DNA of 60,099 nucleotides, filler included, from Basidioascus undulatus (lineage: Eukaryota), in assembly GCA_000826855.1 (NCBI GenBank). It is 4 parts of 4 records of this genome, joined end to end, with 100 filler letters (N's around TTAATTAATTAA, not from the genome) between each part and the next. Parts side by side here need not be neighbours in the genome. Positions count along the whole stretch, not along the records: positions 1 to 14,960 come from JTLS01000676.1; positions 15,061 to 30,013 come from JTLS01000677.1; 2 more parts are not named here. One strand, written 5' to 3'. The notes under the pieces were generated by a model. It saw nothing but the letters and a program-made list of their open reading frames with translations. It was not told the origin of the DNA and did no database searches. Position numbers and translations under genes: made by a program. Of the stretch, positions 12,731 to 24,650 are shown piece by piece (the stretch's first letter is position 1; each line of letters starts with the position of its first letter).

Positions 12731-14594
12731 CTGCGGATTATCCTAGGGGACAGACTCGCACCCATTTCTAGTCGAAACTGAGGAGAGTACTTAAACGAAC
12801 GAAGCCTGAATTCATGGTGAGGTCGCGCTGACGCTCTCAGTGTGTAAGACGCCGCATTCACTGGGGTCAAGCTGATACTTGCAAGTCGAACCTGAATTTC
12901 ATAAATCAATCAGATAGATTCATTCTGTACGAGACCCAGATCACCGGGCCCCAGTCCCGCCGCGGGTGGAGAGAGATCAAACTCTGCAGCCGCTGTCGGG
13001 TCCCTCTTTCCTCGCTTTCGCCCACGCTCTTCCTTCACTGATGTTATCATCGTGGTCCAATCTCCCCAATGTAATGTAATATTCATTTCCACAAGTGTTT
13101 GTCGGTTGTTCTATGGCATAGACAGTGCTGGGTTGGTGGACCGCGAAGATGCTATAGCTTATCTTGGTCCACGCGGGCTTCGTCGATGGAGTTTTCATCC
13201 CTCAGATCGTAGTCCTATCTCAACATCTCACCCCAACTTAGGACGTCTTCGATACCCCTCGCTCCTTAGTTGGAAGGGGGGTGTTGACCTTGGCCCACTA
13301 CCTCAGGGATGAACACCCCCGCGACGACGCCGGCGTGCACGAAGGTGAGGCGGGCCATGCGGCTCGCGAAGGCCGTCCTGATCAGGCCGAGGGACATACT
13401 CATTCGAACAAGGTGCAATAGTGGAAGTGGGCCTAGGGTGGACAGAGCCGGGGCTGCGATGGGCATAAAGAACAAGGGGGAAAGGTACGTACGACAACAA
13501 CCGTGCAGCCGTATCACACTGCTGTGGTTCCAGAGTTACTCCAAAAATTGGGCTTTATACAAGCGATTTAAACTTCTGTGGAATGTGTAATATAGGACCC
13601 CGAATGATAGTTACGATATCTAATAAATCCTGAGCGCGACGGCACACGCTGTTCGCCCGGTGATTGCTCCTCCACCCTGACCCCAGCCCACACTACACTG
13701 AGGACATCAGGTCCTCTCAAATCAGTCAGCATTTCTACTGGACGACTTCCGGTTAGGTATTTTTTCTTCCCGGCAAGGTTAATTCCCCAACCGCGTTGCT
13801 TGTGTACTAGCCGGCCCGTTGCAGCGAGTAGCGAGAGCCGACTTGGAGCGTATCCAGTTCCCTTCCGTTCTCACCGTTAATTGTACTCTTTATCTCTCCT
13901 TCGCCCCGGATAAGTAAAGGTAAAATATCAAACTGTTTAAACTCGCAATCTCGGTGCGATCAGTGTATGTTCGGGATATTCAGCAGCCAGTTGCATTGAC
14001 CGCCTCGAACGGTCTCGCTCTTCGTTCGAGCACCAGTATCACGAGCCTGAACGTACAAGTTCGGTGTTATCAATGTGACCTGATGTCTTCAAAACAACAC
14101 TCCAAGAACCCTTGAAACACGTCTGAGTCGAAACGCATTGTCAAGCACTGCGGTGAAGGTGAAACAGCTCGAAAACACCCCCGCGTACCGCAGTCGCAAT
14201 CTTTGCAGCTCCCAGAGGTTCTCCAAGCATGTTCTCGATCATAGAACATAAACGTCCGGAAAACATGTTATCGAACAAATGACCCCCAAATTTGCTCAGC
14301 AATTAGAACCACTTTGGTTTGTCGTTGTCGCTGTCTGCGACGAAACCAAGGTCATGTAGATGTTGCCGAAGCTTCCAACGCCCGCCTCAGACTCCGTTTC
14401 TGGTTTCCGGTCCCGCCCCGTCTACGAGCATTCAAGACGGCAGTATGTTGTCCTCGCAGTCCCATCGACCGCCCAAGCATCCAAATATACGCTCCAGCAA
14501 GCAGAACCGCAGCGCAAGTCAGCATTAAATACAGGCCCACAATCGCCAGCCAAGCCCCTCGCTCCTCAAACGCGTGACGCGCCAGTCGGCTCAA

Positions 14595-14960
14595 ATGGAA
14601 TGCTCGAAGGAAGAAGCCTCGGGTAGGCTGCCCTTGCCTGCCGCTACCTCCGTTCGCACTGCCCTTGGATCTCGCTCCGCCGCCTCCTCTTGCTCTTCAT
14701 CCACCACCACCACCACCGCCAAGTCTTCCTCCCCCTCCTCCATATCGCCGCCTCCGCGCTCCCCATCGTCCCTCCTGAGCGTGCCTATGCCAAACGGGCA
14801 CGGACACCGGCCCTCGCTGACCATCCCCTCCGCGTCCTTCGATCCCAAGTCGCCCTCCTCCGCCTCCTCGTCCTCGCCGATTACGAGCTTGCCCGCGTAC
14901 GCATTCCATCTCCCCGGCCGCCCGCGCTCCCGCTCGCGCTCGCGCTCCCCGAACCCCGGC
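14595..14960 (+). CDS. Ser/Pro-rich N-terminus of an unknown protein, cut by contig end
   Basis: Open GC-rich frame (MECSKEE... or MPNGHGHRPSLTIP from 14787) running into the N linker. No domain recognisable. Confidence 0.4.
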
Positions 14961-15060
14961 NNNNNNNNNNNNNNNNNNNNNNNNNNNNNNNNNNNNNNNN
15001 NNNNTTAATTAATTAANNNNNNNNNNNNNNNNNNNNNNNNNNNNNNNNNNNNNNNNNNNN
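14961..15060. other. Artificial contig linker (N44-TTAATTAATTAA-N44)
   Basis: 100-nt spacer with a six-frame stop core at 15005-15016, identical to the other two linkers. Confidence 0.98.
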
Positions 15061-15074
15061 CGCTCTTCCGATCT
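15061..15074 (+). other. Illumina adapter remnant
   Basis: CGCTCTTCCGATCT is the 3' end of the TruSeq read-1 adapter and forms the first 14 nt of the contig. Confidence 0.85.
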
Positions 15075-15392
15075 ATCCCCAACCCCCCCCCCGCCCCTGC
15101 ACCCGCACCCGCACCCCAAGCGCCAACAACAGGTAGCGGGTGCGCGGAAGCCGGAGAGGCAAGAGAGCCCAACTCCACGTTCGACACGAGCGCGAGCTTT
15201 GAGCGCGCGGTGTGGAGCGTGCCGCAGACTGTGCGTCCTTTTCCTCTCCCCTCTCCCCATCCTCTTCCCCCGCCATGTTTTGTGTTTTTGAGGTGGAGGA
15301 CGCTGATGGGATGCGCGTGGGTAGGAGCTAGACCGGTTAGCTGATGCTGGGGCGGGTGCTGGTGAGGGGCAGAGGGAGGGGGAGGAGGCGTG
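15075..15392 (+). CDS. Possible 3' end of an unknown gene (5' partial)
   Basis: Open frame IPNPPPAPAPAP...FERAVWSVPQT, then a gtgcgt...tag intron, then ELDRLADAGAGAGEGQREGEEA*. No family recognised. Confidence 0.35.
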
Positions 15393-16214
15393 AGGTTGTG
15401 CGCAGGCATACGCTTTTGGTGCCTTCGGCTGCGCCGTGAGGAGTCCTGGGGATCCCGGTGCCTGACCTGGTCGATCGGGCGGCTTCGAGTTCGACCTCAC
15501 GTCGCCCGCAGTATTTTCGCGATCCAAGTACCAAATAATCCGGTATCAAGACTATGGAAAGCCAGCGTCCACTTTGCGCCGTTGCTTGCTGGTTTCGATC
15601 GGAGAACGAGTTGACATCTTTTTCGCTCATCGAACCATTTCACACTTCTCAGCCATCACTCAACTTGAACGTCCTGATCGATCTTGACCCTTACGATCGG
15701 ATGTCGTGGTATGGCTCGCTTCGTTTATTCTTTATAGAACCGCAAACAATACCGTCTCCGATGCGTGCAGCTCGAACGCCTCACACGCCTTGCGGCATGC
15801 AATGCGTCCACTGGAAACGGGTCCTGACATTCATTCAAGGTTCCTTCCTGCATTTGTTCACGTCTCTGAGGCGTAAATCTGGAACTGGACAAACCAGTAC
15901 CCGTTGTCTCCGCGGGTCGGCCAATTTGCAAAGTAAACGGCGGGCAGGTGTTGGCACACGTCTCATCTTGGTGTATCAACCCTTCAATGCCTGAAGTAAG
16001 GTTGGTATCTCAGCAACCGAGTTGCTGTTCTTCCGATTTATACGCTCACAGTCGGCGCCAGGGTGTCTCGCCCGATTCTCGGGTGCAGATGACAACCGTC
16101 TTCTCTAGAGCACTCATTTCATATTTCTCATCGGAGTAACGTGAATATTCAAGTCTTAAACCGACAGAAATTGTGACTGCATGGTGTATCGTGCAAGCCA
16201 CCCCTAAACATCGC

Positions 16215-18556
16215 TCAGTCTAGCAGCTGCAGCATCTCCTCAATCCTCGCCCGCGACCCCTTCTCCTTGTCCTCCCTCAACTTCACAGCCAGTGTTTGAG
16301 CATTCGCGCGGAGCTTGTCACCCTCAGGTCCTCGAGCGCGGGCAAATACGTCTCGCATCTCCACTGCGGCGGCTTCGTCTGTCCCCGCGATGGTGATGCT
16401 TCCTTCGCCGCGGTATGGCGGGCGCTGGGCGGGGCCGGTGCGCACCTGCACGTTCAAAAGGTGGGTGATTGGATCTTTTACCAAGGAACTGAGGGGAAAC
16501 AGGGAGCTTGAAATAAGGCGACGAACCTGAAGGAGCTCAAAGCCGACAGCGTCTTCGCCTTGGCTGAAGACGTGGGCGTTGAGCGGCTGTTCCCCGAGAC
16601 TGTGGCGGCCCATAAGACCAGCCCAATTACTAGGTAAGATGACAAAAGTAGAAACTGATCTCAAGGTAATTCGACGCTTACCAGGGCCACATGATCATTG
16701 GCACGCCGAAGACGATCGATTCGAAAACCGAGCTATAGCCAGCATCTGCCAGGTAAAGCAGAGCTTCAGTGGCGGCGAATCCTTTGAGAAGATAATGTGG
16801 CTTACGATTCAAGAACCACCCCATAGCTGGGTGCGCGAGGACGCGCTGTTGCTCGACCCACCCGCGCGTAATGAGACCGCGGCCGCTCGCGAGCACCTTC
16901 TCGCGCAGCTCGTCCGGAAGACTGGACGTGATGCCTCCGAGACAGAATATGAACGGGAAAGGCTGCTCTAAGGAGAGGAGGGTCTCGAGCAGGGCGACGA
17001 TGTATGAGAACGCGTGCATCGGGTAATAAAGCGTCCTGCGCGATGATTCGAGATAGAGCAGTTCAGAAGTCAGCAGTACGGTAGTTTGTAGAAGAAAAGG
17101 CAAAAATAGCGTACCCGAAAGAAATTAACAAGACGGAGTGGCGGCCGTGCTTCTCCATCGAGTCGTCGAGGAACACGCCCACTTTCTCGTTGTCCGTCGT
17201 GGCGCCCTTGTAAGGGCTCCCGACTCGGCCCTCATCGAGCTCATGCCCTCCCCAGACCTCCTCCGGGAGCTGGACGCCGACGGCGAACATCCGCTTGTTG
17301 AGCCCTCCAGCGCCGTACCACTCCTCGATGCCCTTAAACGCGGCAGCCTGATAGCACGCAGAGGTGGGGATGATCATGCCGTCGACACGCTGCGGGACAA
17401 GCAAAATCTCAAAAAGCATGTCCCAGGGAACTGTGTATAGTTCAGAAGCTCTTTAGGCGGCAGGTTTTTGGGAAAAACGACAGAAATATGGAAACGAACG
17501 GGTGTCTGCCGGAAAGGCTTGCGGGTTGAGCTTGAGCCCCGAATGCCCATGTTAGCTGCACAGGATCTACCTCATACTTGCAAAGATAAAAGGCTCACCT
17601 CGTAGTCAAAGAGCGGCTCAGCGCCTGGAATACGCACAACTCTGCCAACAGCTACGCCGGTCTCGTTCTGAGCAGTAAACAGCTGTAAAGGACTCGGCGT
17701 CTCGTCAGCCTACTGGCATATCTTCAGTTGGGGATGACGTACAGCATTGCAAATCTCACTCAGAGAACGACCAGCCCGCCTGTCCTCGTCGTTGAAGATG
17801 GCGTGTGCGGCAGAGTAAAGGTGAGCCATTCCCCCGAGCTCTTGCGGACCGTGGAGCTATTGAAGATGCCCAACAAGAAATCAGCGCAGCCCCTGAAAGA
17901 TTCAGAGAATATTTCGACTCGCGAAGGTGAAGTTGACCCCGATCTCTGGCCACCAGGCGAGGACCGGCACGCCCGGGCCAGCAACGTCGCTGACGGGACC
18001 GAGAAGAAACGGTGCGCAGAACAGGTCGAGCTGTGGGTACAGAGCTCAAGCTAACCATGGTAACTCGAGCTCGAAAATGGAATATACGAACGATGTACAT
18101 CCCCGGCTTCCCTTGAGGCATCGCCAGATTGACAATGTCGCGCAGGATGTCCGGAACCGCGCCTATGAGCCCGGCAGTCGCGACGCCGACGACCTCGCTG
18201 ATGCTAGTTGGCTCAATCGGGTCGCCCGCAGGTATTATATTGATGCGATCAATTGGCGCGCCTGTGCGTTGGAGCTCACTCTGCATCTTGGGGACGACCA
18301 GCGGGTGGTTGACAATAGTGACGAAAAGCTCGGGGCGCATCGAAAGGAGCTTGGCGAGAAAGACCATCAATGGGCGGCTGCTCCTGAAGGTCACCTGCTC
18401 GTCCCAAAAGCAGATTTACTGGCGAAGACGACATACAAATGCCCTGTGGAAAGGAGTTCAGATGACTACCGATGGGAAACGGCAATTGGGCGTAGATTGC
18501 TCACCGATGGCGGGATATGAGATCACAGCAATGTGCTGGCAAATTTGGTTGGTCAT
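16215..18556 (-). CDS. UDP-glycosyltransferase (GT1 family), multi-exon
   Basis: N-terminal HIAVISYPAIGHFRP and PSPG-like box WVEQQRVLAHPAMGWFLNHAGYSSVFESIVFGVPMIMWPCLGEQ, plus HSVLLISFG. ATG 18556, TGA 16215-16217. Confidence 0.92.
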
Positions 18557-19700
18557 GGTGGAAGTGAGGAGGTTGCAAACTTGGAGACGTCGAGAAGGAC
18601 ACAGTCAAGGTACAAGCAGTACCTGCAAGATAGTCCGGTTTATATATCGAACAGCGGAGATCACGGCGCGCAACCTCGGGCTTCGGCAATGCGGCCAAGT
18701 TTATACAACTTAGGCCCTCTCTCAATCCTCCTAGTCGGGGTGCCGATGTGTACAGTAGGTCAGGCAACGGACAGCCTCTTGAGGATGCACGGCTGGATAG
18801 GGGAACTGGACACGACCACGCGGTGCGCACTTGCACTGAGCTAATTGGCGTATCCCCCGCGCTGATCGCACGTGTCCTGCAGGCGTTCGCCCGTGCCCTA
18901 GCCCTTCTCAACCGTATAAAACATGTCTACCTCGGGTTTGTCACCTTAATCGATGAGCCCGAGCATTCCGAAACATACACGGAGACCTTTATCGCATATC
19001 TCCCGCACTGCAGTGCTGTCGCTTCAACGAGTTGACGCCTTACTTCGACATCGAGCGAGACGCGGACGGAGACGTGGTGGACTTTATGAAGGTGACTACT
19101 AATATCTCGAATGAATACATACCTTTGATAGGACAGCATGCAGACAAGTGTATGTTGACTAGCGGAAAACTGACTGCGGACACCAAATGCGACAATACAA
19201 GATTCGAGATCGACGCCACCTACATTTCACACAATTTATTTTGTTTATTATTTCGACCGGGTCCTGGTAGAAACGCGGCCATCGTAGGCAAAGCGGTCGC
19301 CCCCTGTCAAAACCGCAGGAAAGAGAAGAAAAAAAGGGGGAGCGGCGAGTCACCCGCCGGCGGCGGCATGGTTCCAGCGGCAGAGTCCGGCGGCAGTCGT
19401 TCCCGGCGGAGGTCCCTTGTTTTCGCAGACTCCAGATGCATCAAATTGCACCGCCCTTCCTCTTGCCAGTTCTCTCATTCATCCCAAGAGCAATACGTCC
19501 GCAGTCTCTGAGTCTTTTAACCACATTGTGAGCAAGTTGGACCGGCGAAACAACGGATATAGCTCTGAGCTTACCTCATGGCTTCCCACCAGGGACGCCA
19601 CCTTCTCGCCTCGATCGCTCGGCTTCCCCTTCCCACTTCGCCGCTCACCGTCTTCTCCGCTCGCCGCCTTCTTGTTTCCCTTACACCTTCCCCTAAAATC

Positions 19701-22700
19701 ATGTCCAAGCACATCCTGCAAACTTTTGAGGCCGCTAAGGAGGCGGTCCGTCTTTGTTTATATCCTGGAGCGATCCTGTCGGAAGGCTCACGCTCGGGGT
19801 GGTGGTGCAGGGCAAGCCCGCGTTCGTGTACGTGACAGGCTAGGCGTGCCGGGAGCAGGAGAAGCAGGATATGCTAAGAATGTTGCGGGCTGAACAGCAC
19901 GTTCATGACGGCGGGCTACCCGACCAAGGACTCGACAGTCGATATCATGCTCGCCCTTGAGAAGGGCGGTGCGGACATTATCGAGCTTGGTGTTCCGTAC
20001 GTCCCTCTTCTTGCTATTCTGGTGTCACACGTGGAGAGAGCTCAAGGGCTTCTCATACCTTCACAGCTTTTCCGACCCCATCGCCGATGGTCCTTCCATC
20101 CAGGCTGCCAACACTGTGCTTCGTCCGGCAGCGTGGGATGGCATAGGAGGCTGTGTGAGCTGACACTTTGGAGGGATGCGGATCAGGTCGCCGTGGACAA
20201 TGGCATCACGTACGAGGTCTGTCTTTCCTATGTGAAGGAGGCGCGTGAGAAGGGTCTCAAGGCGCCCGTGCTCCTCATGGGTGTGTCCATCTCGTACCTC
20301 TGCCACCGCAAGCGCGGACCGCTGAAAGGGCTCGGGCGGAATCACAGGCTACTACAACCCGCTCCTCTCCTTCGGCGAGGAGCGCTCGGTGCAGGAGGCG
20401 CGAAAGGCGGGCGCAAACGGGTTCATCATCGTGGACCTGCCCCCGGAGGAGGCTGTCCGTTTCCGTAACATTTGCACGACTGAAGGGTGCGTCTTGGGCT
20501 TGAGCTTTGGGGGATGCTCTCGCGGGTCTGGGGATTCCGTTGCTCACATTTGGTAGATCGCGCGAGCAGGCTGTCTTACGTCCCGCTCGTCGCTCCCTCT
20601 ACCTCCGAGTCCCGCATTGCCTTCCTCGCTGGTATTGCGGACTCTTTCATCTATGTTGTTTCCAAGGTCCGTGCTCGATGCAAAGCTCCTCATATGCGCA
20701 TGCCACCTCTGACCCTCGAACACTGCATCAGATGGGCACCACCGGCTCCTCCGACAAGGTCTCCAGCAACATCCCTCACCTCCTTTCCCGCATCCGCTCC
20801 CACACGTCTGCCCCCCTCGCCGTCGGTTTCAACATCTCTACCGCGGAGCACTTCAACTTCGTTGCCTCCGCGGGCGCTGACGGTGTCGTCATTGGTTCGC
20901 GCATCATCAACGTCGTGCGCGACACGCACGCTGCGTCCAAGCCCGTCCCCGCCGTGATTGAGGCCTATTGCGCCGCAGTCTCCTCGCGGGATGCCCCGCG
21001 CGAGCAGCGCGCCCCGCCCATTGACCCGAACAACCAGGAGGGTACGACTGGCTCCGCGGTTCCCGCTCCGCAGGTGCCCTCCACGCCAGCGGCGGACTCG
21101 GACTCGACGCAGCTGTCCGGGCGGTTCGGCGAATTCGGCGGGCAGTACGTCCCCGAGGCTCTGGTGGATGCTCTGGTGGAGCTGGAGGCCGCGCACGCGG
21201 TCGCAGTGAAGGACCCCAAGTTCTGGGAGGAGCTCGAGGGCATGTACGAGTACATGGGCCGCCCCAGCTACTTGTACGAGGCGGAGCGCCTCACCGAGCA
21301 CGCGGGTGGCGCGCGCATCTGGTTCAAGCGCGAGGACCTCAACCACACCGGGTCCCACAAGATCAACAACGCCGTCGGCCAGATTCTGCTCGCTCGCAGG
21401 CTCGGCAAGACTCGCATCATCGCGGAGACGGGCGCCGGCCAGCACGGTGTCGCGACTGCGACGGTGTGCGCACGGTTCGGGATGGAGTGCCATGTCTTCA
21501 TGGGCGCGGAGGACGTCCGTCGCCAGGGTACGCACGCTCGCCTAACTTCCACTTTTTGAGAATGAACGCACTGACACGAAACTGTCTAACCTGCAGCTTT
21601 GAATGTTTTCCGCATGCGCATGCTCGGTGCCAAGGTGCGTTCTTCTTAATTGGTCTGCATTCCGCGATGAATGGAGACGGTCGCTTACCATCGGCGACTA
21701 CAGGTCATTCCCGTCTCCTCCGGCTCGAAGACGCTCAAGGACGCAATCAACGAGGCGATGCGTGACTGGGTGACCAACCTGTGCGTCTCTGCTTTGCGCC
21801 TCTTTGCAGCACTTCCTTTCCCAGGATTGACGATGCTTCTGCGTCTGCATTCAGGTCGACGACGCACTACCTCGTCGGCTCCGCTATCGGCCCGCACCCA
21901 TTCCCGACGATCGTGCGCGACTTCCAGCGCGTCATCGGCAAGGAAATTAAGCAGCAGATGCAGGTCAAGCGGAACAAGCTGCCCGACGCTGTCGTCGCGT
22001 GCGTTGGCGGCGGTTCCAACGCCATCGGCACGTTCTACGACTTTGTCGAGGACAAAAACGTCAGGCTCGTGGGTGTTGAGGCGGGCGGTGACGGTATGTC
22101 TGCGAAACATTCCTGCGTGATTTCCTGGAGGAAGACTGAATGGGTGCGGGGACTGCGTGGCCAGGCGTTGACACCAACCGCCACTCCGCGACGCTCTCGA
22201 TGGGCACGCCTGGTGTCCTGCACGGCGTCCGGACGTACCTTCTCCAGTCGCCCGAGGGCCAGATCATCGAGACCCACTCCGTCTCTGCTGGCCTCGACTA
22301 TGTGTGTCTTCTCTTTCCCGAGTATTAGCCAGTGTCCATCGCATTCGTTCTGACGCGCTTTTGGTCTGCTCAACAGCCCGGTGTCGGTCCCGAGCATGCG
22401 CAGCTGAAGTTCTCCGGCCGTGCCGAGTACGTCGTCGCCACCGACGAGGAGGCGCTTCGCGGCTTCCGGCTCTGCACCCAGCTCGAGGGTATCATCCCCG
22501 CGCTCGAGTCGTCCCACGCCGTTTGGGCCGCTGTCCAGCTCGCCAAGACTCTGCCGAAGGACAAGGACGTCGTTCTTGTACGTTGTCGTCTCCGCTTCGC
22601 TTTCCGTTGCTTTCTTTCTTCTGTGAATCTTTGTCGCTGACATTCGGATCTGGAACTGTGTAGTGCTTGTCTGGCCGTGGCGACAAGGACGTCGAGCAGA

Positions 22701-22759
22701 TCAGCGAGCTTTTGCCGGGCAAGTGGGCCGAGAAACTCGACTGGGACGTTTCTGTCTGA
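19701..22759 (+). CDS. TRP5: Tryptophan synthase, fused alpha-beta polypeptide
   Basis: Alpha domain: [30 protein letters not shown]. Beta domain: [66 protein letters not shown] 19701, TGA 22757-22759. Confidence 0.98.
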
Positions 22760-23182
22760 GGGATGAGGGACATGGGTATTGCGGGTGCACAGAGACGATG
22801 AGACACGATATGATAGAGAGTCACTTCGTGCATGCCTTTTGCAGATTGATTAGGCCTACATCAGCGTGGTCTGCACTGCGGTATGGGAGACAATGCCTAA
22901 ATAACACCGTGGTTGCTCATACAATATACACCCGTTACTGATAGCGATTTGCCCAATTTCATGAGGTCAACTCGACGTTGACTTGATCTGAGAAGGACGA
23001 TCAATAGTGGACGAATGCGATACTAGTCGAGCGCAAATGTGAGCAATTGTGCAGCGGCTGGTCCACGGATGTAGGAGATATGCTCTACTTCATCGAAGCG
23101 GTCAGGAGGTGTCCAGCGAACGGCAGGTATATCGTGTTCGAAAGCGATGATTAGGGAATGACCTCCAACACATAACAACAAC

Positions 23183-23267
23183 GGCCGCTTAACTCAGTTG
23201 GTTAGAGTGTGGAGCTAATAATTTAGTTGGTACTCCAAAGTCGCAGGTTCGACCCCTGCAGTGGCCA
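23183..23267 (+). tRNA. tRNA-Ile(AAT) with 11-nt intron (23221-23231)
   Basis: Acceptor GGCCGCT/AGTGGCC+A, D arm ACTC-AGTTGGTTA-GAGT, anticodon stem TGGAG/CTCCA with CT-AAT-A, intron at the canonical 37/38 position, T loop TTCGACC, then TTTT terminator. Confidence 0.95.
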
Positions 23268-23271
23268 TTTT

Positions 23272-23520
23272 GAGATCAGAAACATCTTCCTGGCGGGCGC
23301 ACGTACACCTTACCGTCCCGACGAGTCCGTCGATCTCGACGAAATCGAGAGGGTCTTCTTCGACTTCGGCTTTTCGCGTCTCAACGTTTCGGAGATTCCG
23401 CCTCCGATTCTGGTTCCGCAGCGTAACGCTGCGTACAAGGAGGCGCTGAGGGCTTCCGCTCAGCCGGCAGGCGGGTTTGACGGGCGCGAAACGGTGACTC
23501 GTGAGGAGTACACCTCCTAG
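23272..23520 (+). pseudogene. Protein-kinase-like 3' fragment abutting tRNA-Ile
   Basis: EIRNIFL (end of a catalytic loop) ... VFFDFGFSR (DFG motif) in a coding-like GC-rich frame ending TAG 23518-23520. No start codon or N-lobe. Confidence 0.5.
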
Positions 23521-24650
23521 GGAGCTTTGCGGGGAGTTTTAGGAGGACCGGAACGAGGCGGGGGAGTTTTACTACAATGATTGCTCTATCTCGCAATTTA
23601 CGCTTCAGGGAGGGGGTGGATCTGCTAGAGGATGAAATTTGTATGTATTGAGGGGCATGCTTAGAAGCATAACATCCCTGTGCATTGTCCCTCGAGAGTG
23701 CCTTAGACTGTCGCACTTCACGGTCGCGGTCCTATCTGCAAGTGCGATTCTTGCACGCGATCCGCTCTACCATGCCAGACGTTTTCTCATGAATTCTAAT
23801 TACACATTCTTTTCAAGAGTGAGGGAGGAGCTTCAGAGGTAAGCAACGGCGGATCCCTTCTGCGCGATGTTAAAGTGGCCGCGCCTGGGATTGCACAAGC
23901 GCAGCTGTGCACATCTCGATCAAACCATAAACATTTTCAGAATTACGCTCTATGATACCTAAGCTGAGCGCATTTCACCGCGGTGGTTCACTGGCAGCTT
24001 TCGTTTGCGTGCCACAGTACACGTTCGAGCGAGAACGCAATACGTGTCGCCTTTCTTTCCCAGTGGACCAATACCTCTTTCCTTGCCCCCCTCATTCAAA
24101 TACAGAATGTACTGTCCTAACGTAACCAGCCCTCCCCATCTTATCTCCTACCTTTCCTTGCACAGCCAGCTTTTCGGATGGGGTGCATGAACGCCGGCGG
24201 CGGTGAGCGAGTCTTTCGCGCCCGCCTTGAGCTCACCCTCCATTTTTCCCGCTTGGTCACATGCGCTCGCAAGTCTGCATGTCACGCAATAGCGGGTCGT
24301 CCTGTGCCTCCACATCAATCCCGGGCCTGCAAGAAGCACGCACATGCTCTTGATGATCACCCACAACATATACACACAAGTCATGACAGATCTGCACGCG
24401 ACTCTTGGGAACGGATAAAGCAAAGATATCTGTCGCTGTACTATAGTGGTTAGTAGATGGTGGTGCGTGCCATTTATGCCAGCAGTCGGTTGCTGCCTCA
24501 AGCCCCCCGACCCAAGCCCACACAACCCACCGCAGATAGCAAGTCTACAAGATGCAAGGTATGCAATGCGATAATACAGCGACAACAAGCCCAGAACGAA
24601 GCGAGAGACCCGATCCACCACGAGCGTCTGAGGCGCGTTCCCCACTCCGC

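Noticed and set aside
12840..12885. Minus-strand ISLTPVNAASY resembling the CAX motif LPIVGNAAEH
   Set aside because: It lacks G and EH and has no usable splice sites in the right phase, so it is probably chance similarity.
15005..15016. TTAATTAATTAA palindrome repeated three times at about 15-kb spacing
   Set aside because: It is embedded in N runs as a synthetic six-frame-stop linker, not a biological repeat.
18860..19095. Coding-like snippets (YFDIERDADGDVVDFMK) between UGT and TRP5
   Set aside because: Too short and discontinuous to support a gene call.
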